64,000 nucleotides of DNA, taken from Sulfitobacter sp. (GTDB lineage Bacteria > Pseudomonadota > Alphaproteobacteria > Rhodobacterales > Rhodobacteraceae). The notes under the pieces were generated by a model. It did no database searches. It saw nothing but the letters and a program-made list of their open reading frames with translations, and was not told the DNA's origin. The stretch lies in contig JBAUHN010000355.1 of assembly GCA_049680295.1 (NCBI GenBank), forward strand, positions 8,836 to 72,835, in the 5' to 3' direction. Shown here piece after piece: positions 8,901 to 18,546 of the stretch. Both the position numbers and the translations under genes were made by a program. Each line of letters starts with the position of its first letter. The stretch's first letter is position 1.

Positions 8901-9473
8901 ATGGAAATGCGTCCAAACAAACGAGATGAGCTGGTTCGCAAAGCTCTTGAGATCTTTTATCGCAATGGATTCCATGCGACCGGAATGGACATGCTGGTCA
9001 GAGAGACAGGGGTGTCCAAGACCTCGATGTACAAGCACTTCCGCAACAAGGACGAACTCATCCTGGCAGTCTTGCGGCTGCGGGACGAGAATTTCCGAAA
9101 CTGGTTGTATCGAAGGATCGAGGAAATCGCTGACACGCCAGGCGAGCAACTGCTGGCGTTATTTGATGCCTTGAAGGAATGGTTCACACTCCCTGGGTTT
9201 CGCGGTTGCATGTTTATCAAAGCCAGTGCCGAGTTTCAGGAACCCCAGCACCCTATTCATGCGCAGGCAGCCGAACACAAACGGATGCTTGGAGAATACT
9301 TTTCTGCACTTGCGATGAAGGCCGGTGCAGAAAAACCTCGCGATTTGTCAGCGCAGCTTATGCTCTTGAAAGAAGGCGCAATTGTTCTGGCTGCAATGGG
9401 GGTGAACCGTGAGTCTGCTATGGATGCAAAAAAGGCCGCACAGGTATTGCTTGCCGAGCAAGTTCCTTCTTAG
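8901..9473 (+). CDS. TetR/AcrR family transcriptional regulator
   Basis: N-terminal HTH: RDELVRKALEIFYRNGFHATGMDMLVRETGVSKTSMYKHFRNKDELI. Confidence 0.9.
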   Translation: MEMRPNKRDELVRKALEIFYRNGFHATGMDMLVRETGVSKTSMYKHFRNKDELILAVLRLRDENFRNWLYRRIEEIADTPGEQLLALFDALKEWFTLPGFRGCMFIKASAEFQEPQHPIHAQAAEHKRMLGEYFSALAMKAGAEKPRDLSAQLMLLKEGAIVLAAMGVNRESAMDAKKAAQVLLAEQVPS

Positions 9474-9664
9474 GGATATCCTACGCTGTCATCAACGCGC
9501 CCACTGACAGGACTTTCCGCCCATCGGTTTGTCCGTCAAATGTACACCGGAATTCTACACACCGAAGACGCCAGCGATGCGTTAGCGAAGTCTGATGTAT
9601 CTATCTTGAAAGGCTTTCCATCAACTTAAGCGACCATTGGCTGCAGAGCTGAAAATTAGAAGTT

Positions 9665-9930
9665 TGGGCTCAAACCGGACCTTGATCGTCTGTTCCGGCC
9701 CGGGACAAGCCGAAGGCGCCGGGCGATCGGCGACCCGCGCGCGGGCCTGAGAGGGCACAAAACAGCAGCAGCCATAAACTGCCCGATTGCACCCTTTCAT
9801 CGCCAACCCCCGGACCACCAACCGCCCGGCTTTTCGTGTCTACAGCGTCTCGCGTTTGACCGCAGGGAAAGGCAGCGAACACGTGATTCAGGTTCAAGAC
9901 GGGACGCTTTAAGCAAGGCAATCAGGGTTT
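9665..9930 (-). repeat. Intergenic repeat family, copy B (modules 1+2, reverse orientation)
   Basis: The reverse complement aligns over about 210-270 bp with copy C (35021-35228). It includes the hairpin module ..cgctgcctttccctgcggtcaaacgcga.. and the cgcccggcgccttcggcttgtcccgggc core. Confidence 0.8.
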
Positions 9931-10442
9931 AAACCAGACGTCGATCAATAGCACCCCAGCCCGGAACCAAGGCGTGGCCGCCGGGCCAGCACCTGCCCGT
10001 CCCTTCACGTAAAACTGCGCATATGTTGCGCTCCTTCCGTGGGTACACCTCTGATCTAGAAGCACAATCTGTTCCTTCCTCCATGGGCACGCGTCGCTTG
10101 TCGAAAAGAGTCTCGCTTTCTCTTGGTGGACACAGACGGGAACGGGCCTGGCGTCGGACCGTCTCCAACTTCACTTGTTGAAAAACTCCCTAATAGGATC
10201 GGAGCCATCGAATTCCTCCCGATGCGTTCTCAGAAAGAACCGAGAAAACGTTGGCCTGGCCCGGTCTGCACAATCCCATCGCGCCGAAAGAGAGTCCGCC
10301 AGGCGGACAACTATTTCCACAGAGATACTCGGCACCGGGATTTGCTTCTAAGTAGTTTGAACACCGCCGTAGCTCTTTGGGAGGGAAAGCCCGACATGCA
10401 GTTTTATTGCAAATGCGCGACGCAATTTGCAGGACGTCGCTC

Positions 10443-10919
10443 ATGCCCATAGCGACCTGGGCGCGAGCATCCCTGATCCTGGCGGCAACGTGCTTCTTGA
10501 TCGGAGCAAGTGCGACAGTGGTTGATGTCTTGATCCGGGCGGTGGCAAATCGCAATTTGCCGGGTGTCATCGAGATCACAACACTGTCCATTGGATTGGG
10601 GGCGCTCCTGTCGATGCCGGTGTGCTATCTCAACGACACCCATGTCACCGCGCGTCTTCTGAGCGAACTCCGCCCTGCTGTGTTCCTGCGACCACTCGGA
10701 ACGATCGGCGCCGCATTTGCCTTCATATTTGCAGGCATCATGGCTGCGATCATGGGGAATTTTGCACTTGGAAAGCTGGGTGGGCCGGAAACCACGTCTG
10801 ACCTTCAGATCAGAATGGATGTCTTGCTGGTCATCGTTTTTCTGGCGTTTCTTGCAGCACTTGTGGCCGCGTTCATTCGTATCCTGTCCCTTGCCCGAGG
10901 AGGACAGGGTAATGGTTGA
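10443..10919 (+). CDS. TRAP transporter small permease (DctQ-type)
   Basis: About 160 aa four-TM protein immediately upstream of, and overlapping by 8 nt, the DctM-type gene. Start uncertain (10377, 10413 or 10443). Confidence 0.7.
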   Translation: MPIATWARASLILAATCFLIGASATVVDVLIRAVANRNLPGVIEITTLSIGLGALLSMPVCYLNDTHVTARLLSELRPAVFLRPLGTIGAAFAFIFAGIMAAIMGNFALGKLGGPETTSDLQIRMDVLLVIVFLAFLAALVAAFIRILSLARGGQGNG

Positions 10920-12216
10920 CGGTCTTTTTCTGGGCGGTCTCGGTTTTGCTGCCGCGATCTTCCTGATCCTGATCGAGGTTCCCGTGGGGATCGCTATGGG
11001 TCTGGTGGGTCTGGCGGGGTGCGCCATGATCCTTGGTATTTCTGGCACGCTCGTGATCGGTGCAACAACGACTTGGGAGTCGCTGACAAACTATACCCTG
11101 ACAATGCTGCCGCTCTTCGTGCTCATGGGCAATTTGGCGGCGCAGAGCGAGTTGTCGTCTCGGCTCTACTCGGCGATGCGTACCTTGATGGGGCATCGCC
11201 GAGGCGGCCTCGCGCTGGCCACAATCGGGGCGTCGGCAGGCTTTGGCATGATCTCTGGCTCGTCCCTGGCTACGACTGCCACGATGGGCCGGATCGCGCT
11301 GCCTGAAATGCGCGCCGGAGGATACTCCGACAGCCTGTCTTCGGGAACCATCGCGGCCGGCGGGACACTGGGCATACTGATCCCTCCTTCAACGGTTCTG
11401 GTGATCTACGCCTTCCTCGCCGAGCAATCCATTCGCCAACTCTTGCTGGCAACTGCCGGACCGATTGTTCTGGCAGTCATCCTTTACTGTCTCGCGATCT
11501 GGCTTCCCATCTTGTTCGGTTGGTCCCAGGCACCCCGCCGCGAACGCGCAACGGTTTCAGAGCGGCTCGCTGCACTGAAGGAACTGGCGCCCCCAATGGG
11601 AGTTTTCGGGCTGATCATGGGCGGGCTTTACAGCGGATACTTCACCGCCAACGAGACCGCAGCGGTTGGTGTCGCTGTGGTGCTCGCTTATGGGGTCGGT
11701 TCGCGCAGGCTGGATTTCAAAGGGTTCACAGCCGCCGCAATGGACACAGCAATGACCTGCGGGGCCCTTTATCTTGTTCTTATCGCAGCCAACATCTTCA
11801 ACTTCTTTCTGGCGCTGTCCGGTCTGCCGTTTTCGTTGACCGCCCTGTTCGCAGGTATCCTGGATAATCCGCTTCTGGTCATCCTCGTGATGAGCGTGAT
11901 CTACATTCTGCTCGGGACGCTTATGGACAGCCTGGCCATGTTGCTTCTCACGGTCCCGCTCTTCGTGCCGGTCGCACAGGCTGCGGGGATTGACCTGATC
12001 TGGTTTGGCATTTTCGCCGTGATGGTGGTCGAGATGGGTCTGATCACGCCGCCCGTCGGGATGAACCTTTTCGTACTCAAGGCGACCAATCCCGACATTC
12101 CGATGACGACGCTGTGGCGCGGCGTGCTGCCGTTCGTCACTGCTGATGCAGTCCGCATCGTCCTGCTCATCGCCTTCCCTGCCTTGGCGCTGTGGTTGCC
12201 ACACGCTGCCCTTTAA
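10912..12216 (+). CDS. TRAP transporter large permease (DctM-type)
   Basis: 434 aa polytopic protein with a DctM-like pattern (GIAMGLVGLAG..LPLFVLMGN..GGTLGILIPPS..GMNLFV). Start set to ATG 10912; the upstream ORF extension overlaps dctQ out of frame. Confidence 0.9.
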   Translation: MVDGLFLGGLGFAAAIFLILIEVPVGIAMGLVGLAGCAMILGISGTLVIGATTTWESLTNYTLTMLPLFVLMGNLAAQSELSSRLYSAMRTLMGHRRGGLALATIGASAGFGMISGSSLATTATMGRIALPEMRAGGYSDSLSSGTIAAGGTLGILIPPSTVLVIYAFLAEQSIRQLLLATAGPIVLAVILYCLAIWLPILFGWSQAPRRERATVSERLAALKELAPPMGVFGLIMGGLYSGYFTANETAAVGVAVVLAYGVGSRRLDFKGFTAAAMDTAMTCGALYLVLIAANIFNFFLALSGLPFSLTALFAGILDNPLLVILVMSVIYILLGTLMDSLAMLLLTVPLFVPVAQAAGIDLIWFGIFAVMVVEMGLITPPVGMNLFVLKATNPDIPMTTLWRGVLPFVTADAVRIVLLIAFPALALWLPHAAL

Positions 12217-12242
12217 ATGTCTGCAATCAGGAGGAAACGCAC

Positions 12243-13241
12243 ATGACATTTCAATTCCCTACATCACTGGCCGCGGCGGCAGCCTTGGCTCTGACCATCG
12301 GGGCCGCGGACGCCCGAGAACTTCGTGTGTCCAGTTTTGAACCCCAGCAGGGCTTCTTTTCGCAGACCTTGCAGGCATGGATCGAACAGATCTCGCCCGC
12401 GCTTTCGGATCAGACATCGTTGAAACTTTATCCCGGCGGAATCCTTGGCGCACCACCTGCCCAGGCCGACCTGGTGCGTGCCGGCGCGGCAGACATTGCC
12501 TTTGTTGTCCCAACATATACGGCGGGTCTGTTTCCCATGACGTCCGTTGCCGAGATCCCCGGTCTGATCGACCAAAGCGCGACCGGAACCGAGATCCTGA
12601 ATACCCTTCTGGAGGAAGGTGCGCTTGGTGACGAATATGCAGACTACAAGGTGCTGGCGCTGTTCACCACGCCGGGCTACCGCGTGTTTTCGGCTGAGCC
12701 GATTGCAGTGCCGGGCGACATGGCCGGGCTTCGGCTGCGATCTCCGTCCGCCTTCGGGGCCAACGTTCTGGAGATGATGGGGGCTTCGGGTGTACCGATC
12801 CCCGCACCTCAGGTCTACGAGAACATCGAACGCAACGTCGTTTCCGGCGCGGCTTGGACCATGGACGCGTATCGTACGTTTCGGCTGAACGAGGTTGCGC
12901 CCAACATCACCGCGACACGCCTGATCGCCAGCCCATTGGCGATCCTGATGAACCGCGCGTCCTACGATGGCTTACCCGAGGCAGACAAGGCCGTCTTCGA
13001 TGCGCAGACCGGGCGCGTTTTGGCGGAGTGGATCGCGGAACGGGTCGATACCACGGAAGCCGAGATTGAAACCGCGCTCAGGGAGGCTGGCGAAGTGGCT
13101 TTCGTGGATCTCGACGCGGCTGGCACAGCGGCATGGCAAGCGGCCCTTTCAGGGGCAGCAGATGCCTGGTTGGCGGGTCAGCAGGGTGACGCTGCCGCTT
13201 CCGTCCTGGAACGCGCACGCGAGATCGCTGCGCAAGAGTGA
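12243..13241 (+). CDS. TRAP transporter substrate-binding protein (DctP-type)
   Basis: AGGAGG RBS at 12229-12234, signal peptide MTFQFPTSLAAAAALALTIGAADA, and operon position after the Q and M genes. Confidence 0.8.
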   Translation: MTFQFPTSLAAAAALALTIGAADARELRVSSFEPQQGFFSQTLQAWIEQISPALSDQTSLKLYPGGILGAPPAQADLVRAGAADIAFVVPTYTAGLFPMTSVAEIPGLIDQSATGTEILNTLLEEGALGDEYADYKVLALFTTPGYRVFSAEPIAVPGDMAGLRLRSPSAFGANVLEMMGASGVPIPAPQVYENIERNVVSGAAWTMDAYRTFRLNEVAPNITATRLIASPLAILMNRASYDGLPEADKAVFDAQTGRVLAEWIAERVDTTEAEIETALREAGEVAFVDLDAAGTAAWQAALSGAADAWLAGQQGDAAASVLERAREIAAQE

Positions 13242-13306
13242 TGCCTTGCATCGGGACTGCCCGGTTCGGCTGGTCCCGTTCTGCCCAAATCGCACGGAGA
13301 CAAGAT

Positions 13307-14290
13307 ATGGCAATTTGCGCACTGGGATACCTCGGAATTCGGTCGGATCGGTTAGAGGACTGGTCGGATTTCGCAAGTGACCTGCTCGGCATGATGAGAA
13401 TTGACCGGGGCGCGACCGCTTTGGCGTTTCGCATGGACGATCAGATGCAGCGGTTGCTGGTTTCCGATGAGCCCGGCGACACTCTGGCCTTCATGGGGTG
13501 GGAAGTCGAAACCGACGACGATCTGCAATCCTATGCTGGCCGTCTGGAAAAGGCAGGTGTGGCGGTTCACCTCGGCAGCCCTGCGTTGGCTGACAGGCGC
13601 TTTGTCCGTGATCTGATCTGGTTCGAGGATCCAATGGGAAACAGGATCGAACTGTTCGTGGCGCCGATGATCGCAGACGATCCTTTCGTGCCGGGCCGTC
13701 CGATCGACGGATTCAAGACGGGACCGCTGGGTATGGGTCATGCGGTCCTGCATGTGCGCGATATCGGTGTCATGCTTCCCTTCTATCGCGACCTTCTTGA
13801 TTTTCGGGTCTCCGATTATGGCCTGTCGCCTTATGGCCTCTACTTCTTCCACGTCAACGGCCGCCATCACAGCTTCGCCATGGTGGGTTCCGGCCAAGAG
13901 GGGTTCCACCACTTTATGGTGGAATTCCAGAACCTTGACGATGTTGGTCAGGGGTTTGATCTCGCCCAGTTGGACGAGGACCGCGTCGCCTACACCCTGG
14001 GGCGGCACACGAACGATTACATGACGTCCTACTACGCGCATTCCCCATCGGGTTTCTTTGTCGAAAACGGCTGGGGCGGGCGTGTCATCGACGCCGCAAC
14101 ATGGACACCTCACGAAACGACCCTCGGTCCCAGCTTCTGGGGGCACGAGAGGCTTTACCTGCCCGAAGATGGGGGAAGGAAGTCACTGCGTGACATGCGT
14201 TTGCAGGCCGCTGCCGAAGGACACCGTGCTCCGCCCGTGATGGCTTGTCCTTGGCTCTATTCCGAAATGGCGAAAAAGGGGCATTCATAA
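13307..14290 (+). CDS. Type I extradiol ring-cleavage dioxygenase (VOC superfamily, BphC/catechol-2,3-dioxygenase-like)
   Basis: Two VOC modules. LGYLGIRSDRLEDW..; metal-ligand contexts GMGHAVLHV, HHFMVEF, YYAHSPSGFFVENGWG. Confidence 0.85.
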   Translation: MAICALGYLGIRSDRLEDWSDFASDLLGMMRIDRGATALAFRMDDQMQRLLVSDEPGDTLAFMGWEVETDDDLQSYAGRLEKAGVAVHLGSPALADRRFVRDLIWFEDPMGNRIELFVAPMIADDPFVPGRPIDGFKTGPLGMGHAVLHVRDIGVMLPFYRDLLDFRVSDYGLSPYGLYFFHVNGRHHSFAMVGSGQEGFHHFMVEFQNLDDVGQGFDLAQLDEDRVAYTLGRHTNDYMTSYYAHSPSGFFVENGWGGRVIDAATWTPHETTLGPSFWGHERLYLPEDGGRKSLRDMRLQAAAEGHRAPPVMACPWLYSEMAKKGHS

Positions 14291-15799
14291 ATGCTTGATA
14301 ATTCGACGAATGAAACCTTTGACGTTGTGATCGTGGGCCTTGGCCCGGTCGGGGCCACGCTGGCACATCTGCTCGGCTTGCGAGGCGTCAGGACATTGAT
14401 CCTCGACCGGGAGGCCGCGGCCTATCATCTGCCGCGCGCCGTGCATTTCGACGATGAAACCATGCGCGTTTTTCAGTGTATTGGAGTGGCCGACGAGTTG
14501 CTGCCGAAGTTGCGGATCAACCCGGGCATGCGTTTTGTAGATCCCGAGGGAAACCTGCTTCTGGATTGGCCACGGCCACAGAGCGAAAGTGCTTTGGGAT
14601 GGCATCCCAGTTGGCGGTTTCATCAACCCGACCTCGAAGAAATCTTGCGTACCCGTTTGGCAGAACGAGAAAGCGTCACCATCCGTACACGTTGCGACGC
14701 GTTCATGGTCGAGGACAAGGGGACACATGTCTCATTGCGCTATGAAGACATGGCCAAGGGCAAGATCCATCATGTTCACGCCCAATATGTCGTTGGCTGT
14801 GATGGCGCCCGTTCTTTGATCCGTCGCTTTATTAAATCGGGTATGCAGGATCTGGGTTTTCACGAGCGCTGGCTGGTCGTTGACCTGATCCTGAAGCGGG
14901 ACAAGCCGGAACTTGGCGATCACTCGATTCAGTATTGCAACCCCTCGCGCCCGGCGACCTATGTGCGCAGCCCCGGCTTGCGCCGGCGTTGGGAAATCGC
15001 GGTGCTGCCAGAAGAGGACAACACCTTCATCACCTCAGAACCCCAGGTCTGGAAGCTTCTGTCGAGCTGGATTTCTCCCGATGATGCCGACATCGAGCGC
15101 AGCGCCGTCTACACGTTCCATTCGCTGATCGCCGAGCACTGGCGGCGAGGGCGTCTTCTGATCGCGGGTGATGCCGCGCATCAAACCCCGCCTTTCATGG
15201 GACAGGGGATGTGCGCCGGCATACGCGATGCTGCCAATCTGGGCTGGAAACTGGCGGACGTGGTACAAGAGCGGGCGCAAGAGCATCTGTTGGACAGTTA
15301 TCAGTCGGAACGAGAACCCAATACGTCAGAATTTATCCAAACGGCCGTACGTTTGGGCCAATTGATCAATGCAGCCGACAGCGAAGGCGCGCTGCGCGCC
15401 GCGGTTCACAAGCCGGACGGCCGGGCCGAGATGAAATCTCTGTACCCGCCGCTGGGCCCAGGGCTCGGTCAGGGCGCACTGGCTGGCGGGCAGTTCGGAC
15501 AGCCCAGACTGGCCGATGGCACCAGGATGGATGACAGGATCGGATACGCCCCTGTTGTTGTTGCTGATGCTTCTCTGGCGCGCGGGTATCGACCTGCGGC
15601 GGGCATTGCCCTTCTGACAACAGACGACGCACCTGACCTGACCGAACATCTGAAATCGCTTGGGACTCGCGCGGTTCTGCTGCGTCCTGATCGTTACATT
15701 CTTGGCGCGGCCGAAACGAAAGAGGAACTCGACGCCCTTTCAGAGCTTCTGCCAACCCGCAATCCTGACATGAATTCCCTGAAAGGGCCTATCCAATGA
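14291..15799 (+). CDS. FAD-dependent aromatic monooxygenase (MhpA / 3-hydroxyphenylpropionate hydroxylase-like)
   Basis: FDVVIVGLGPVGATLAHLL (GxGxxG), CDGARSLIR, GDAAHQTPPFMGQGMCAGIRDAANLGWKL. Confidence 0.85.
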   Translation: MLDNSTNETFDVVIVGLGPVGATLAHLLGLRGVRTLILDREAAAYHLPRAVHFDDETMRVFQCIGVADELLPKLRINPGMRFVDPEGNLLLDWPRPQSESALGWHPSWRFHQPDLEEILRTRLAERESVTIRTRCDAFMVEDKGTHVSLRYEDMAKGKIHHVHAQYVVGCDGARSLIRRFIKSGMQDLGFHERWLVVDLILKRDKPELGDHSIQYCNPSRPATYVRSPGLRRRWEIAVLPEEDNTFITSEPQVWKLLSSWISPDDADIERSAVYTFHSLIAEHWRRGRLLIAGDAAHQTPPFMGQGMCAGIRDAANLGWKLADVVQERAQEHLLDSYQSEREPNTSEFIQTAVRLGQLINAADSEGALRAAVHKPDGRAEMKSLYPPLGPGLGQGALAGGQFGQPRLADGTRMDDRIGYAPVVVADASLARGYRPAAGIALLTTDDAPDLTEHLKSLGTRAVLLRPDRYILGAAETKEELDALSELLPTRNPDMNSLKGPIQ

Positions 15800-16638
15800 A
15801 ACTATGCTCCTTCCGCACCGACGGCCGCGCCTCATACGGTCTTGTCACCAATAACGGCATCATCGATCTGGGCAGAAGATCTACAGCAGCCACGCTGCGT
15901 GATTTCATTGCCAGCGGCGAAGTGGGTGCTGCGGCGGACCTTGCCAACGCGCCCGCCGATTTCGGTTTCGATGCGGTCGATCATGACCCGGTCATTCCGA
16001 ACCCCGACAAGATCATATGCGTTGGTTTGAACTATCATGACCACATCAACGAAACCGGCCGGGAAGAAACATCTTTCCCAGTGCTCTTTGCCCGCTTTCA
16101 AGGCAGCCAGATCGGGCACGGCGCGCCGCTTGTCAAACCGCTGGAGTCGGACAAGTTCGACTATGAAGGTGAACTGGCGGTAATCATCGGCCAGGAGTGT
16201 CGTCGAGTCTCTGAGGATCAGGCCCTCGACATGGTCGCAGGTTACGCCTGCTATAACGACGGGTCAGTTCGCGACTGGCAAAAGCACACGCACCAGTTCA
16301 TGCCGGGCAAGACCTTTGCCAACACGGGTCCCTTTGGCCCCTGGATGGTCACCGCAGACGAAATTCCTGACCCCTCGAAGCTGCGCCTGCAAACCCGTCT
16401 CAACGGCGAAGTCATGCAGGACACGTCGACAGAATTGCTGATCGCATCCATACCGCGCCTCATCTCATATTGTTCAACCATTCTTCCGCTGCTGCCCGGC
16501 GATGTGATCGTCTCGGGAACACCCGGAGGCGTCGGAGCGCGACGCAATCCGCCGGTGTTCATGAAAGATGGCGACATCTGTGAGGTGGAAATCTCGGGCA
16601 TCGGCGTCCTGCGCAATGTGGTCAGGGACGAGACCTGA
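15796..16638 (+). CDS. Fumarylacetoacetate hydrolase (FAH) family protein
   Basis: KIICVGLNYHDH..FDYEGELAVIIG..GDVIVSGTPGGVG. 4-nt overlap with the upstream monooxygenase gene. Confidence 0.85.
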   Translation: MKLCSFRTDGRASYGLVTNNGIIDLGRRSTAATLRDFIASGEVGAAADLANAPADFGFDAVDHDPVIPNPDKIICVGLNYHDHINETGREETSFPVLFARFQGSQIGHGAPLVKPLESDKFDYEGELAVIIGQECRRVSEDQALDMVAGYACYNDGSVRDWQKHTHQFMPGKTFANTGPFGPWMVTADEIPDPSKLRLQTRLNGEVMQDTSTELLIASIPRLISYCSTILPLLPGDVIVSGTPGGVGARRNPPVFMKDGDICEVEISGIGVLRNVVRDET

Positions 16639-16684
16639 ACCTCAGGTCATTGCGCGCAGGTGCCGCCCATGCGACGATTCAAGT

Positions 16685-17476
16685 ATGCCTGCCGAAATCA
16701 ACAAGGACGAAAAGAAAACCGATGCAGTCCGTGCCTTGACGCGCGGGCTGGACATATTGCGATACGTTAACGAGACCGGGGCCTGCAAAGCCGCAGACAT
16801 TGCCCGGGCGCTTTCAATACCCAGACCCACAGTCTATCGCCTTCTGGAAACGCTCGAACAGCAGGGATATGTAGCCTTCTCGCCAACATCGGCACGTGTG
16901 CGTGTCACCCGGCTGGCAGGCTCATTGGGCGATGGCTTTGGCGCGACGTCAGAATTATGCCAGATCGTAGGACCGCTTTTTACTTCCCGCTCCCGCCAGA
17001 TCGCCTGGCCTCTGGATCTGACGGTCTACGAGAATACCGCCATGATCATTCAGGAAACCACCCATAGTCGCAATCCTCTTTCTATCGACTCGGGTATGAC
17101 CGGATATCGCTTACCCATGCTGCGCACCTCTGCCGGGCGGTGTTATCTGGCCCTTTGCCCGCGTGAAGAACACGAAATCATCCTCCGTCACCTGCAACGA
17201 AAGGGAGATCCGGATGATATGCCGTTCCTGGAACCGAAGACCCTCGACCGGCTGTTGCAAGAGGTCAAGGCGAGCGGGTTTGGCGCTCGCTTTGGCCTGG
17301 AATTTCGACCAAAGACATCGTCCATCGCTGTGCCGGTCATGGCGGGTGGCAGGATCGTATGTTGCATTTCGGTCATCTGGACTCGCGGAGCGATGAACAA
17401 GAGCGAAGCCATCAACAAGCTGGTTCCCCAGATGCAGGACCTGTCCCGCGATATCGCCCAGCGACTTGATCCCTAG
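16685..17476 (+). CDS. IclR family transcriptional regulator
   Basis: HTH ALTRGLDILRYVNETGACKAADIARALSIPRPTVYRLLETLEQQGYV plus an IclR effector domain. Start moved to the Met at 16685. Confidence 0.85.
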   Translation: MPAEINKDEKKTDAVRALTRGLDILRYVNETGACKAADIARALSIPRPTVYRLLETLEQQGYVAFSPTSARVRVTRLAGSLGDGFGATSELCQIVGPLFTSRSRQIAWPLDLTVYENTAMIIQETTHSRNPLSIDSGMTGYRLPMLRTSAGRCYLALCPREEHEIILRHLQRKGDPDDMPFLEPKTLDRLLQEVKASGFGARFGLEFRPKTSSIAVPVMAGGRIVCCISVIWTRGAMNKSEAINKLVPQMQDLSRDIAQRLDP

Positions 17477-17486
17477 GGTCCTGACC

Positions 17487-18065
17487 CTAACCCATCAGCG
17501 GTTGTTCAGACAGTTCCTGCGCGATCCGGGTGTCGAGCGGCGTTCCGAAAGTGTTCACGATAAACGCGAGGGTCGAGTAGAATCCTACGGTCGCCATCAC
17601 GTCCAGCACACCCTCCTTGCCGACAAGATCGACCAGTTGTGCGATTGTCGCGGTGGACATCTTCGAGCTGGTCAACAGTTCGTCCACCGCTCCCGCCAGA
17701 ATTGCGTCTTCGGCTGCCATGTTTTCTAGCGGCCCGCGAAGCGATGCAATTCGCCTGTCTTCAAGGCCGCAGGCACGCGCACGCGACACATGATGGCTCC
17801 ATTCATAATCAGAGCCATGACGGATGCCGGTGCGCAATATCGCCACTTCATTTCGCACAAGACCCAAGGAATTGTTCCGGACAACATGTTCGCGGATATC
17901 TACCCAAGCCCGCAGCAATGCCGGGTTGTGCGCCATCACGCGGTACACATTGAGTTGCCCCGCAAAGCCGCGGGCAAGATCAATGGCTTCAGCGGGCCAC
18001 CGATCATCTGCCAACGGCGCAAATGGCTTATCAGGAAAATCAGGGTCGCTGGCGGCATGTGGCAT
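17487..18065 (-). CDS. Carboxymuconolactone decarboxylase (AhpD-like) family protein
   Basis: NVYRVMAHNPALLRAW..EVAILRTGIRHGSDYEWSHH pattern of the CMD family. Start moved to the Met at 18065. Confidence 0.7.
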   Translation of the reverse strand: MPHAASDPDFPDKPFAPLADDRWPAEAIDLARGFAGQLNVYRVMAHNPALLRAWVDIREHVVRNNSLGLVRNEVAILRTGIRHGSDYEWSHHVSRARACGLEDRRIASLRGPLENMAAEDAILAGAVDELLTSSKMSTATIAQLVDLVGKEGVLDVMATVGFYSTLAFIVNTFGTPLDTRIAQELSEQPLMG

Positions 18066-18546
18066 TTTCTTGGAGCTTTCCAAATGGCTTCGGTTTCTTC
18101 GCAGACAGTTAGCGCCAGCACTCATCGTTTTGCAGACACATTGTCTTGGATGTCCGCCTGTCAGACAGATGCACATCCGCGAATGCCCGCCAAGTGCAAC
18201 ACAAAAGATACGGAGAGAACCTGTCGTCAGGCGACCAGGTCAATGCTCTCCCCCCTCCAGGAATGCCGGAACGGCCGATAGCACGCTAAGTTTTAACTAT
18301 GCAGATTTGCGCTCTCAGCACCGCCTGGCAACTGTATTTATCAGACGGTCTGAACGGACCATTTCTGATCTGATTTGATGAGAGCGTTGACGATGGTCAC
18401 GATCATAAGAACGACGCGCCGCTGTCTCCAGCATGCGGCGTTGGATTGCACTGTTCTTCTCTGTCTATTCGAGGCGTTCCGCCAGCCCCCCGTCTTGGAA
18501 AACCCCAAACCTTTCAATAAAGGGTAATAAAAATTGGAGCCTCCCC

